Shown here: piece after piece, positions 38,877 to 47,392 of the stretch
Numbering within the stretch: position 1 is the stretch's first letter
How the letters are laid out: each line of letters begins with the position of its first letter
Assembly: GCA_963668025.2 (NCBI GenBank)
Contig: CAXXTH010000008.1
Coordinates: 64,001-128,000, forward strand
DNA from: Candidatus Hydrogenedentota bacterium
Lineage (GTDB): Bacteria > Hydrogenedentota > Hydrogenedentia > Hydrogenedentales > SLHB01
Length of the DNA: 64,000 bases
Direction: 5' to 3'
Notes under the pieces: model-generated
Seen by the model: only the letters and a program-made list of their open reading frames with translations
Databases searched by the model: none
What the model was told of the DNA's origin: nothing
Program-made: the position numbers and the translations under genes

Positions 38877-39749
38877 ATGACTGATATAGCATTAGTGGAA
38901 GATGTTGTAGAACGAATTGGTGAACTCCCCGTGATGTCCGCGGTAGTGGGCGAGTTTGTCATGCGAGCCGATGATCCATCCACTACTATGGATGAGCTTG
39001 TGCATGTGATCGAGCGGGATCCGGTCCTTGCCGCCAAAGTGCTGCGTGTGAGCAATTCCCCCTATTACGGGATGCGCCAGCATGTCGGAACGCTCAAACT
39101 GGCTCTAGTCATTCTGGGCAGCCGCGAAGTCCGGAATCTGGTCTTGGGCCTTTCCGTCACGGACATGGCCGGCATGGAGCATATAGACCCCATATTTGCA
39201 AAAGGCTACCGTTTGCATTCCTATCTAGTGGCCGCTCTTACGCGCAGGCTGGCCAATGAAGTAGCGGGAGTGGATGCTGGCGAAGCATTCGTCGGCGGCC
39301 TGCTGCATGACATCGGCAAAATCGTGCTCGCCCGGCGTTTTGGCGCGGAGTACGCCAAAATACATAACGATAACAAAGCCTTCTCGGAGCAGCTTTGCGC
39401 CGCGGAACGCAGCCAGTATGGCTTTTCCCATGCCGAAGTCTCAGCGGCGCTCTCGATTACATGGAGCTTTCCAGAATCCTTGTCAGACGCCTTATGGCTG
39501 CACCACTATGATCCAAAATTCAGCATGGAACAGGCAAAAAATCGCAAGCTGGCTGCGGTGGTCCGCGTCGCTAACTATTGCGCCCGCAATTCGGAGCCAA
39601 ATGCCGCGAAGGATATTTGGGAAGAACCAGATATGGCAGCCGTTTGGCGTTGCCTAGGAATCCTTGAACCGGATGCCTGTCGAGCGCTTCTCCAAAGCAT
39701 CCACGAAGAGATGATTGCTGAAGCAGAAACCCTTGCAGCTATCTTCTAG
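38877..39749 (+). CDS. HDOD-domain protein
   Basis: ELPV, DPVLAAKVLRVSNSPYYG, GLLHDIGK, SHAEVSA. Confidence 0.9.
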   Translation: MTDIALVEDVVERIGELPVMSAVVGEFVMRADDPSTTMDELVHVIERDPVLAAKVLRVSNSPYYGMRQHVGTLKLALVILGSREVRNLVLGLSVTDMAGMEHIDPIFAKGYRLHSYLVAALTRRLANEVAGVDAGEAFVGGLLHDIGKIVLARRFGAEYAKIHNDNKAFSEQLCAAERSQYGFSHAEVSAALSITWSFPESLSDALWLHHYDPKFSMEQAKNRKLAAVVRVANYCARNSEPNAAKDIWEEPDMAAVWRCLGILEPDACRALLQSIHEEMIAEAETLAAIF

Positions 39750-39790
39750 CATTGCAATAACCAAAACAACAATCAAGGTACGCGAATAGC

Positions 39791-40009
39791 ATGGCGAAGA
39801 AAGAAAAAATAGAAATCCGCAGGGACGAAAATCTGTCAGAAATCGACGCGGAGCTAGATGATGCATTAGTCAAGCTCGAAGCCGCCAATTTCCGGATTGG
39901 CGAATTGCTGGGTTCGATTGAACCAAAATCAGAGAATGCCTCGCCCCCCAGCTCCACGGAGCAGCCGGAAACCAGCGAGACCCCTTCCAGTTCCGAAGAG
40001 GCGGGTTAA
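39791..40009 (+). CDS. Small acidic coiled-coil hypothetical protein
   Basis: 72-aa ORF co-oriented within the gene run, with a helical N-half and disordered tail. Confidence 0.55.
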   Translation: MAKKEKIEIRRDENLSEIDAELDDALVKLEAANFRIGELLGSIEPKSENASPPSSTEQPETSETPSSSEEAG

Positions 40010-40072
40010 AAGCGTGTTAAAACTAAAATGGAGCGGCCGCCATGGGCGAGGGGAAATGGGGCTTCTTGTCTA

Positions 40073-41230
40073 ATGAAGATTGTGCTTAGCGATCCGCATT
40101 CCTGTGGCGGCGGCCAGGTGCGGTATGTCGCGAATCTGGCGAGTGAGCTGGTGCGCCGGGGGCATGGCGCCGCCATCGCCTGCCGCCCTGACAGCGTCCT
40201 CATTCAAACTGCCAGCCAGGCAGGCGCAGCCTTATGCGGCCCCATGCATTTCCCTCGCGGATTGCGGTTGGCGCGTTGGTGCGCGGACTTGCGGAGCGCC
40301 TTGCGGTACATTCAACAAGAGAAACCTTCCATTATTCATGTGAGCGGTTCGCAAGATCATTGGCTTTTTTCCCTCGCCAATATGTTGGCGGGCTTTCCCG
40401 CATGCGTCATACGCACCCGCCACAACACCTATCCCGTCCGGAATACCTTCATGAACCGCTTGCTTAACCAGCGCTGGACGGATTTTCAAATCGTCGTATG
40501 TGAAGAAGTCCGCGCGGAGCTTGCACGCCAGCCAGCTTTTGATCCTCAGCGCATGTCCGTTATTCATAACGGAGTGGATGCCGAGGCTTTCAAGCCCGAT
40601 CCCGATATGCGAAAGGAAGCGCGCGCTGAATTTGGTTACGCCCCCGGTGACTTCGTGTGCGGCATAGCCGCGCGGTTGGTAAAGGCAAAAGGGCACGCCT
40701 ACTTGTTTCGCGCCGTTCAACAACTGCTCCATACAATGCCCCAGTTGCGCATACTCGCATTAGGAACCGGCGTACTAGAGCATCAATTGCGTTCCTTGGT
40801 GGATGAACTTGGCATCACGGCCTGCGTGCATTTTGCCGGATTCCGTGATGACATGGCCCGATGCGTTCACGCCTTTGACATTGGCGTACAACCCTCGATA
40901 GACTGCGATACTTCCTCATTTAGCCTCAAGGAGCAAATGGCGGCAGGCATTCCCGTGGTGGCTTCAAACTACGGAGGCCTTCCAGAGATCATTCAAGACG
41001 GTGTGGAAGGCTATATCATTCCCGCTGGTTCCGTCGAGCCTCTAGCGGACGCCATCGCACGGCTCGCGTCCGCTCCCGGTTCGATGGCGCGCATGGGGGA
41101 GGCGGGAAGGCTCCGGGTATTGCGTGAATTCACCATCGATAGTTTCGCGTCGAAGACCATCGCGGCATATGAACGCGCCCTGGCCATTCACCAGGAGCGG
41201 CGGCCTTCGGGCTCCAGGAAAGTACAGTGA
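40073..41230 (+). CDS. Glycosyltransferase family 4 (GT-B)
   Basis: GGGQ, TRHN, VIHNGVD, ARLVKAKGH, FAGFRDD, EQMAAGIPVVAS. Confidence 0.9.
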   Translation: MKIVLSDPHSCGGGQVRYVANLASELVRRGHGAAIACRPDSVLIQTASQAGAALCGPMHFPRGLRLARWCADLRSALRYIQQEKPSIIHVSGSQDHWLFSLANMLAGFPACVIRTRHNTYPVRNTFMNRLLNQRWTDFQIVVCEEVRAELARQPAFDPQRMSVIHNGVDAEAFKPDPDMRKEARAEFGYAPGDFVCGIAARLVKAKGHAYLFRAVQQLLHTMPQLRILALGTGVLEHQLRSLVDELGITACVHFAGFRDDMARCVHAFDIGVQPSIDCDTSSFSLKEQMAAGIPVVASNYGGLPEIIQDGVEGYIIPAGSVEPLADAIARLASAPGSMARMGEAGRLRVLREFTIDSFASKTIAAYERALAIHQERRPSGSRKVQ

Positions 41231-42324
41231 TATCTCTGCATATCGATGAGCAGTCAGGCTGGCGCGGCGGCGAGCAACAAGCCAGCTATCTCGTCCATGG
41301 CCTCGCCGCTCGCGGGCATACCGTCCTTATCGCTGGCAGGCCCGGCAGCCCCTTTATGACACATCAACATGAAGCGCCCGGCCTTATCCGGATCAAAGCC
41401 CCATTTTTAGGCGAGTTCGATGCGTATACCATATGGAAGCTCGCCCGCGCCATTCGCCGTTATAATGTCGATATCATCCACGGCCATACAGGACATGCCC
41501 ATTTTTACGCCAGCATGGCAAGATTGTTGGCGCGCAAAGGCTTGGTGATCGCATCGCGCCGGGTGGATTTTGTTCCATCGCAAAACTATATCACGCGCTG
41601 GAAATATGCCCAGCCAGACCATTTCATCGCAGTCTCAGACTGTGTCGCCCAGGTTCTGTTAGCGTATGGAATCGAGCCTTCCCGGGTCACGGTGGTGCAT
41701 AGCGCACAAGATGCCGTACGGCTCGACACGCCGCCTGTTAGCCGGGAATCCATAGGCGTTCCAGAACATGCGCCCCTCCTGGTATGTGTGGCCGCTCTCG
41801 TGGGGCACAAAGACCATAAAACACTGATATCCGCTATGCCTGTGTTGTTGCGGGCTTTTCCTGATGCACACCTGGCGCTGGTTGGCGAGGGTGGTTTGCG
41901 TCCGGAGATTGAAGCGCAAATCGCCGCACTAGGCCTGGCTTCCCACGTGACATTGCTGGGCTATCGCGAGGATGTTATTTCTATCATGCGTGCGGCGGAT
42001 GTTTTCGTGTTGCCCAGCAAAATGGAAGGGCTGGGCAGCGCCATCATTGAAGCCATGATGTGCCGGATTCCCGTGGTGGCTTGCGCTTCCGGCGGGATCC
42101 CCGAAACCGTCATGCATGAAACCACCGGGCTGCTCGCTCCACCGGAACAGCCCCAGGCATTGGCCGAAACCTTAATCCGCCTGCTCACCGACCACGCCTT
42201 GGCCGGACAGCTTGTCTGCCAGGCCTATGATTTTGTCACTCAGCAGCGTAGCGCTGACGCCATGGTAGAGAACACCCTGCGGGTGTATGAGCGCCTGCTG
42301 GGCGTTTCCATGCCTTCTCAATAA
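41227..42324 (+). CDS. Glycosyltransferase family 4 (GT-B)
   Basis: WRGGEQQ, SRRVDF, AALVGHKDH, EGLGSAIIEAM, GGIPE. 4-nt overlap with the upstream GT. Confidence 0.92.
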   Translation: MISLHIDEQSGWRGGEQQASYLVHGLAARGHTVLIAGRPGSPFMTHQHEAPGLIRIKAPFLGEFDAYTIWKLARAIRRYNVDIIHGHTGHAHFYASMARLLARKGLVIASRRVDFVPSQNYITRWKYAQPDHFIAVSDCVAQVLLAYGIEPSRVTVVHSAQDAVRLDTPPVSRESIGVPEHAPLLVCVAALVGHKDHKTLISAMPVLLRAFPDAHLALVGEGGLRPEIEAQIAALGLASHVTLLGYREDVISIMRAADVFVLPSKMEGLGSAIIEAMMCRIPVVACASGGIPETVMHETTGLLAPPEQPQALAETLIRLLTDHALAGQLVCQAYDFVTQQRSADAMVENTLRVYERLLGVSMPSQ

Positions 42325-42366
42325 ACAAGGTGTGGAACCCGCGCCCTCGCCGGCCATCCGTTGCCC

Positions 42367-45300
42367 CTACCAATAAATGTACTTCAAGAAGGTCGAGCGG
42401 CTGGCGGCGTCTAACGCCTCGAGATCCTCGATCTCATACCGGTTGTTATCCACATCGACGATAATATGCCCATTTACGGGGCCTTCAATGACCGAGTTCG
42501 TTTCAAAGCGGCGCGTCAGGAACTCCATTACCCCCTTGTCCGTCTCGACATTCCAGATAAGGAATCCCATCTCTTCCTTGATATCGTCGATTTTCTTGAT
42601 ATAGTGGATAAAGTAGCGCTTGCTCAGTTCATGCTCGACCGCCATACGCGAACTAGGCAGCAGCTCCTTCAACCGGCGGATCATCCCCACTTCCTTATGC
42701 TCGAGGGCGGAGTCACCCGTCCATAGAGCGACAAACTCGCTCGGCCGTGTGATGGGGAAGCACCGGTATGCGCGCACATTTTCATAGACATCTTTATGGT
42801 ATTCGACGCGCATGCCGCCTTCATCCTTCGAATAAATGCGCATCTCTTTCGGATCAAAATAGCGGATTTTCGGCGCCTCGAGCCGGCGGCGCTGATCACG
42901 TTTAGTCTTTACGCCTCTCCGTTCCTTTTCTACCCGGTTGATCTCCTGGATGGCTTGTAATCCATCGACGGATTCCACATCACTCGTAAGCTGGGTCTGA
43001 ATCTCCACCAGCCGTTTATAAATGCCATCTTGCAGAAGCAATTCCTCGTGGGTGCCCTGTTCTCGAATCGTTCCCTCCTCGAAAACGATGTTGCGGTCGC
43101 AGTTGCGCAAGGTCGACAACCGGTGGGCAATGGCCACCGTCGTGCGGCCCACGCTCAGCGCCTCGAGGGCGTTCTGAATCTCACGTTCCGAGATGGTGTC
43201 CACGCTCGAGGTGGCCTCATCGAGAATCAACACTCGAGGATTGTTCAACAATGCCCGCGCGATGGCCACCCGCTGGCGTTCGCCGCCCGACAAGCCTGAA
43301 CCGCGTTCGCCCAGCATCGAATCATATCCATCATGGTTGCGCGTGATGAACATGTGGGCGTTGGCCGCCAATGCTGCGTTCAATATCTGTTGCATCGCCA
43401 CGCCCGGATTGCCGTATGCGATGTTTTCCGCTATGGTGCCCCGGAACAGGAAAGGATCCTGGGCCACCATGCCGATCTGCCGGCGCAGGCAATGCTTGCG
43501 GATCTTACGCACATCAATGTTATCGACGCTCACCTCGCCTTCGGTGGCTTCATAATAACGCATGATGAGATTAATAGTGGTGGATTTGCCACAGCCGCTA
43601 TGGCCCACGATGCCCACCATCTCGCCCGGTTCTACACTAAAACTCACGTCGTGCAGCACCGGTATGTGGGGATCATATCCAAACGAGACATTCTTAAAGC
43701 GGATGCCCCCCTGGATTTCAATATCCACCGCCTTGTCATCTTCAGTGACTTCCGGCTCTTCATCCATCACTTCAAACACACGGTGCGCCTGCGTGATGAA
43801 CTGGGTGAACCACGTGGACATCTGCGTCAGCGAGTTGATGGGGCCGTAAAACCATCCTAAATACCCCAAAAACATGATCAGCGTGCCGGTGGTCAGGCCT
43901 CCCACTTGTTGGGTGAGCCAGTTTCCAAAGCGCGCATACCAGGGGCCAGAGCTTTGCGGCGCTTGCAGGCTGGCCTCTTCTCCGATAGGGGCAGGCGTGT
44001 CCTTTCCTGTAGCGGCTTTGGCTGCCGTGGCATCCAGGGCTTTTCCATCGACTGTCTGCTGGACGCTTACGCCCGGCGCAACGCTGGTGTTATCTATTGG
44101 AGCCGAGTTAAAAGACATGGCCAGCACCGCCAGCCCGCCCAGCACCCAAATGAAATAACTGCCCAATTGGAATACCCAGCCCATGGTCGGGTAAAACCAC
44201 GCGTTGGCGTATCCTACATCCAGTCCCGCATTGCGGAACCGGCCGCTATACCCATCAAAGCGCTGTAATTCACGCGATTCCTGCGCGAACGCCTTCACCA
44301 CCCGGACCCCGTTCAGCGCCCCATGCAGCATGTTGGATAGGCTCGACCGGGTCGTCCAGTACCGCCGCCATCTCGGGACGATATAGCGGTAGTAAAACAC
44401 CGTGCATCCCGAAACAAAGGGCACTGGCAGTACGGCGATCAAGGTGAGCAACGGATTGATCATGAGCATATAGACCGTCACCACCACCAGCATGATCAAC
44501 TGATACCCGAAGCCCGCCGTAAGCTGGTTGATGAATCCCTGAAGCGCCTCGATGTCTTGCGTGCACCGGGTCATGAGCGTGCCCACCGGATGGGTGTCAT
44601 GATATCGCACCGCCAAATCCTGCATCTTCGAGAAGACTTCCCGCCGTAGCTCGAAGCCCAAGCGGTTATTGATATACACCGCCATATGCTCGCGCAGCCA
44701 GGCAATCACCGCACCAATGGCCGTGGTGGCGGCCAATATGCCCACTACCAATAGCAGCCACCAGTCTTTATGATAATTCCCATCGGACCGCAAGGTGTCG
44801 AAACCAAGATGAGACACCATCATGCGGAACCAGCCGTCAGGGGCGATATTACCCAACACATTATCCAGCAACACTTTCGTGAGCTGTTGGGGAACCAGCG
44901 TGATCAGGATATGTAACACCACCAAGACCATGGCCAGCACGGTAAAAAACCAATATTGTTTCGTGTGCTTGAGGAAGCGTAAAAGCACCGTGCCGCGTTT
45001 CAGGCATTTCGGGCATACGCGCATATACCGGTCCGGCAGGCGCACCCCGCAGATCTCGCACCGGTCGCTCGGACGCTTCTCCTCCGTCTCGCTCATCACC
45101 TGGCGGCCTTCGGCAAGCTGCTTCAGGCGGATCGCCACCTTCGCGAATTTATCGGCGTTCTTGTTCGAGAAACGTATCAATTCCTCGAAGACGCCTTGCA
45201 TCTTGATTTCGATGAAGCCCGAACCCACCCGCGTATCCGTGCGGGCCGTCTCAATATCCGAAAACGGGATATCTTTCAGCAGCAGCGCTTCATTATCTTC

Positions 45301-45495
45301 CTCGTCCATGAAGAATACTAAGACCCGCTCCGTCGTGGCGATGATCCACGACTCGGCGTATTCTCCAGAGATCTCGAGGTCCGTGTCCGTCGCGACCAAT
45401 AAATTATCGCTAGACACGCCGCGCTCTTCGAGGGCTGCTTGGACCAACGGGGGCAGGGGGCGTTTGATTTGTGAGTTATCGTCTGGCTCTAACAT
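42367..45495 (-). CDS. ABC exporter (TMD+NBD) with N-terminal extra domain and Zn-ribbon and C-terminal DUF1854-like domain
   Basis: CEIC...CPKC, TM helices, GHSGCGKST, LSGGERQR, LILDEATS, IAHRLST, and tail RCFPIT...WNVETDKG...DVDNNRYEIEDL. Confidence 0.88.
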   Translation of the reverse strand: MLEPDDNSQIKRPLPPLVQAALEERGVSSDNLLVATDTDLEISGEYAESWIIATTERVLVFFMDEEDNEALLLKDIPFSDIETARTDTRVGSGFIEIKMQGVFEELIRFSNKNADKFAKVAIRLKQLAEGRQVMSETEEKRPSDRCEICGVRLPDRYMRVCPKCLKRGTVLLRFLKHTKQYWFFTVLAMVLVVLHILITLVPQQLTKVLLDNVLGNIAPDGWFRMMVSHLGFDTLRSDGNYHKDWWLLLVVGILAATTAIGAVIAWLREHMAVYINNRLGFELRREVFSKMQDLAVRYHDTHPVGTLMTRCTQDIEALQGFINQLTAGFGYQLIMLVVVTVYMLMINPLLTLIAVLPVPFVSGCTVFYYRYIVPRWRRYWTTRSSLSNMLHGALNGVRVVKAFAQESRELQRFDGYSGRFRNAGLDVGYANAWFYPTMGWVFQLGSYFIWVLGGLAVLAMSFNSAPIDNTSVAPGVSVQQTVDGKALDATAAKAATGKDTPAPIGEEASLQAPQSSGPWYARFGNWLTQQVGGLTTGTLIMFLGYLGWFYGPINSLTQMSTWFTQFITQAHRVFEVMDEEPEVTEDDKAVDIEIQGGIRFKNVSFGYDPHIPVLHDVSFSVEPGEMVGIVGHSGCGKSTTINLIMRYYEATEGEVSVDNIDVRKIRKHCLRRQIGMVAQDPFLFRGTIAENIAYGNPGVAMQQILNAALAANAHMFITRNHDGYDSMLGERGSGLSGGERQRVAIARALLNNPRVLILDEATSSVDTISEREIQNALEALSVGRTTVAIAHRLSTLRNCDRNIVFEEGTIREQGTHEELLLQDGIYKRLVEIQTQLTSDVESVDGLQAIQEINRVEKERRGVKTKRDQRRRLEAPKIRYFDPKEMRIYSKDEGGMRVEYHKDVYENVRAYRCFPITRPSEFVALWTGDSALEHKEVGMIRRLKELLPSSRMAVEHELSKRYFIHYIKKIDDIKEEMGFLIWNVETDKGVMEFLTRRFETNSVIEGPVNGHIIVDVDNNRYEIEDLEALDAASRSTFLKYIYW

Positions 45496-45745
45496 TAGTA
45501 CTGTTCTCGGCTATCGAAGCCCGAGTCAATCCTCATTCAGTACCTTCGTCATATTTTTGAAATAAAAGTTTGTGAACTCCGCGAATGCTACTCCCGACAA
45601 ACTGGAAAGTCAAGACAAAATCACTAAAAAATACGGTTTTTTTCCATCCAGACAGAAAAAAATGCCGATACGCCATCCTCTACCTATAACTTTTATGCAC
45701 ACCTTGCTTCCCTTTTCACAAATCGCCTCGCGTATTGCTCTGTGC

Positions 45746-45869
45746 GGCAGGGCAAGCCCTCCCCTACATATTTTCGTGTATTTCATGTATTTCGTGGTCT
45801 CCATTTATTTACTGGCATCCCGTAGCATGGGCGTCCCGCCCATGCACATGGCCGGGACGGCCATGCTAC
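45746..45869. repeat. Cluster of three different short palindromic/tandem repeat types
   Basis: GGCAGGGCAAGCCCTCCCCTAC (45746-45767), 9-bp tandem TTTCGTGTA/TTTCATGTA/TTTCGTGG (45772-45797), and the inverted pair GTAGCATGGGCGTCCCGCCCATG / CATGGCCGGGACGGCCATGCTAC (45822-45869). Confidence 0.7.
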
Positions 45870-45915
45870 AGCAAGTGATTATCATTTTATAGGCGACTTG
45901 GGCGTATATGGCCTC

Positions 45916-45960
45916 TTGACTTTTCACCTAAATTGTATCATAATATCGATACGGTGATAC
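45916..45960 (+). promoter_or_regulatory. Sigma70 promoter with overlapping inverted repeat (putative GntR/YtrA operator)
   Basis: TTGACT-N17-CATAAT (45916-45944). GTATCA-N14-TGATAC (45935-45960) with internal TATCGATA spans the -10 and start site. Confidence 0.65.
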
Positions 45961-45977
45961 CGACGGAGGACTTATAC

Positions 45978-46385
45978 ATGCTCCACCTCAATTTCAACCA
46001 GGGCGACGGCGTTCCTCTCTATCTTCAACTCGTCCGCCAAATCAAACACCTCATCGCTACCGGACGCCTCGACCCAGATACGGAACTGCCTCCTGTCCGC
46101 CAGCTCGCCCAGCAGCTCGTCATCAATCCCAATACGGTCGTCCGCGCCTACCGCGAACTCGAAACCGCTGGACTCATCTACAAACGCCGGGGCGCGGGCA
46201 CATACGTTTCAGACCGGGGGAGCCCATACGCCGACGTGGAGCGGAGGCGCTTGCTGGCCGAACGGGCCGATGCACTCCTCGTCGAAGGACGCAATCTGGG
46301 ATTTGACCTTGAAGAAGTTTTCGAACTCTTGCGGGAACGTGATCAACAGCTTATCCGGGAACAATCGGAAGAGAAGGGAGTCTGA
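45978..46385 (+). CDS. GntR-family regulator, YtrA subfamily
   Basis: PLYLQL, LPPVRQLAQQLVINPNTVVRAYRELE, RGAGTYV, short C-terminus, directly upstream of an ABC ATPase. Confidence 0.93.
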   Translation: MLHLNFNQGDGVPLYLQLVRQIKHLIATGRLDPDTELPPVRQLAQQLVINPNTVVRAYRELETAGLIYKRRGAGTYVSDRGSPYADVERRRLLAERADALLVEGRNLGFDLEEVFELLRERDQQLIREQSEEKGV

Positions 46386-46388
46386 AGA

Positions 46389-47300
46389 ATGGCATCGATG
46401 GAAACTGTAATACAAGTCGAGAATGTGTCGCGTTGGTTCGGACACAAACAGGCCCTGGACAATGTGAGCCTGTCAGTCCAAAAAGGCCGGGTCTTCGGCC
46501 TCGTAGGCGAAAACGGCGCGGGAAAGACCACCCTCATCAAACACCTATTGGGTTCCCTCGTGCCCAAGACCGGCGGCGTCCACGTCTTCGGCGTCGATCC
46601 CGCGTATGACCCGCCCGCCGTCCTGTCGCGCATCGGCTATCTGTCCGAAGACCGCGACTTGCCCGGCTGGATGCGCGTGGGCGAGCTGATGCGCTACACC
46701 CAGGCCTTCTTCCCCGATTGGGACCAAGACTACGCCGAACAATGGCGGCAGCGCCTCGAATTGCCCATCGACGCCAAATTACGCACCCTCTCTCGGGGCG
46801 AAAAGGCCAAGGCCGGACTCCTTGCGGCCTTGGCCCATCGCCCTGAATTACTGCTCCTGGATGAGCCCTCCTCGGGGCTCGACCCTGTGGCCCGGCGCGC
46901 GATACTCGAGGCCGTGGTCCGCTCCGTGGCCGAAGAAGGCCGCACCGTCTTCTTCTCGTCCCACCTCCTCGACGAGATCGAGCGCGTGGCCGACGACGTA
47001 GTCATGCTCCACCACGGGCGGGCGATACTCGATATGACCATGGAAGAACTTAAATCCAGCCACCACCGCTTCATCATCCGCTTCGAGGACGCCCAAGCGG
47101 AATTCCCCCTCGTCCCCGGCGTATTGCACGCCGAAGGCGAAAGCCGCGAATGGGCCGTGGTATGCCAGGGCGAGAAAGAAATTCTCGAACAAGCCTTCCG
47201 CAACGCAGCCGGACAGATCACCGAATACAGCGAGCCATCGCTCGACACCATATTCGTGGCGCATATCCAAAACAACAAATCGCCTTTGCTCAAGCCATAA
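46389..47300 (+). CDS. ABC transporter ATP-binding protein (YtrB/CcmA-like)
   Basis: GENGAGKTT, LSRGE, LLLLDEPSSGLD, FSSHLL. Confidence 0.94.
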   Translation: MASMETVIQVENVSRWFGHKQALDNVSLSVQKGRVFGLVGENGAGKTTLIKHLLGSLVPKTGGVHVFGVDPAYDPPAVLSRIGYLSEDRDLPGWMRVGELMRYTQAFFPDWDQDYAEQWRQRLELPIDAKLRTLSRGEKAKAGLLAALAHRPELLLLDEPSSGLDPVARRAILEAVVRSVAEEGRTVFFSSHLLDEIERVADDVVMLHHGRAILDMTMEELKSSHHRFIIRFEDAQAEFPLVPGVLHAEGESREWAVVCQGEKEILEQAFRNAAGQITEYSEPSLDTIFVAHIQNNKSPLLKP

Positions 47301-47392
47301 CAAATGAAAGTTTCTAAGAAGAGGGTCTGGGAGAACCCCTCTTAATAAAGAGGGTTTCTCCCAGTGAAGCAGTACAACGGGAGGTTTTCCCC

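Noticed and set aside
40073-42324. GT4 pair as bacillithiol BshA, given the nearby ytxJ
   Set aside because: Only generic GT4 motifs were recognised and no BshB/BshC gene is adjacent. Envelope polysaccharide or LPS synthesis is at least as likely.
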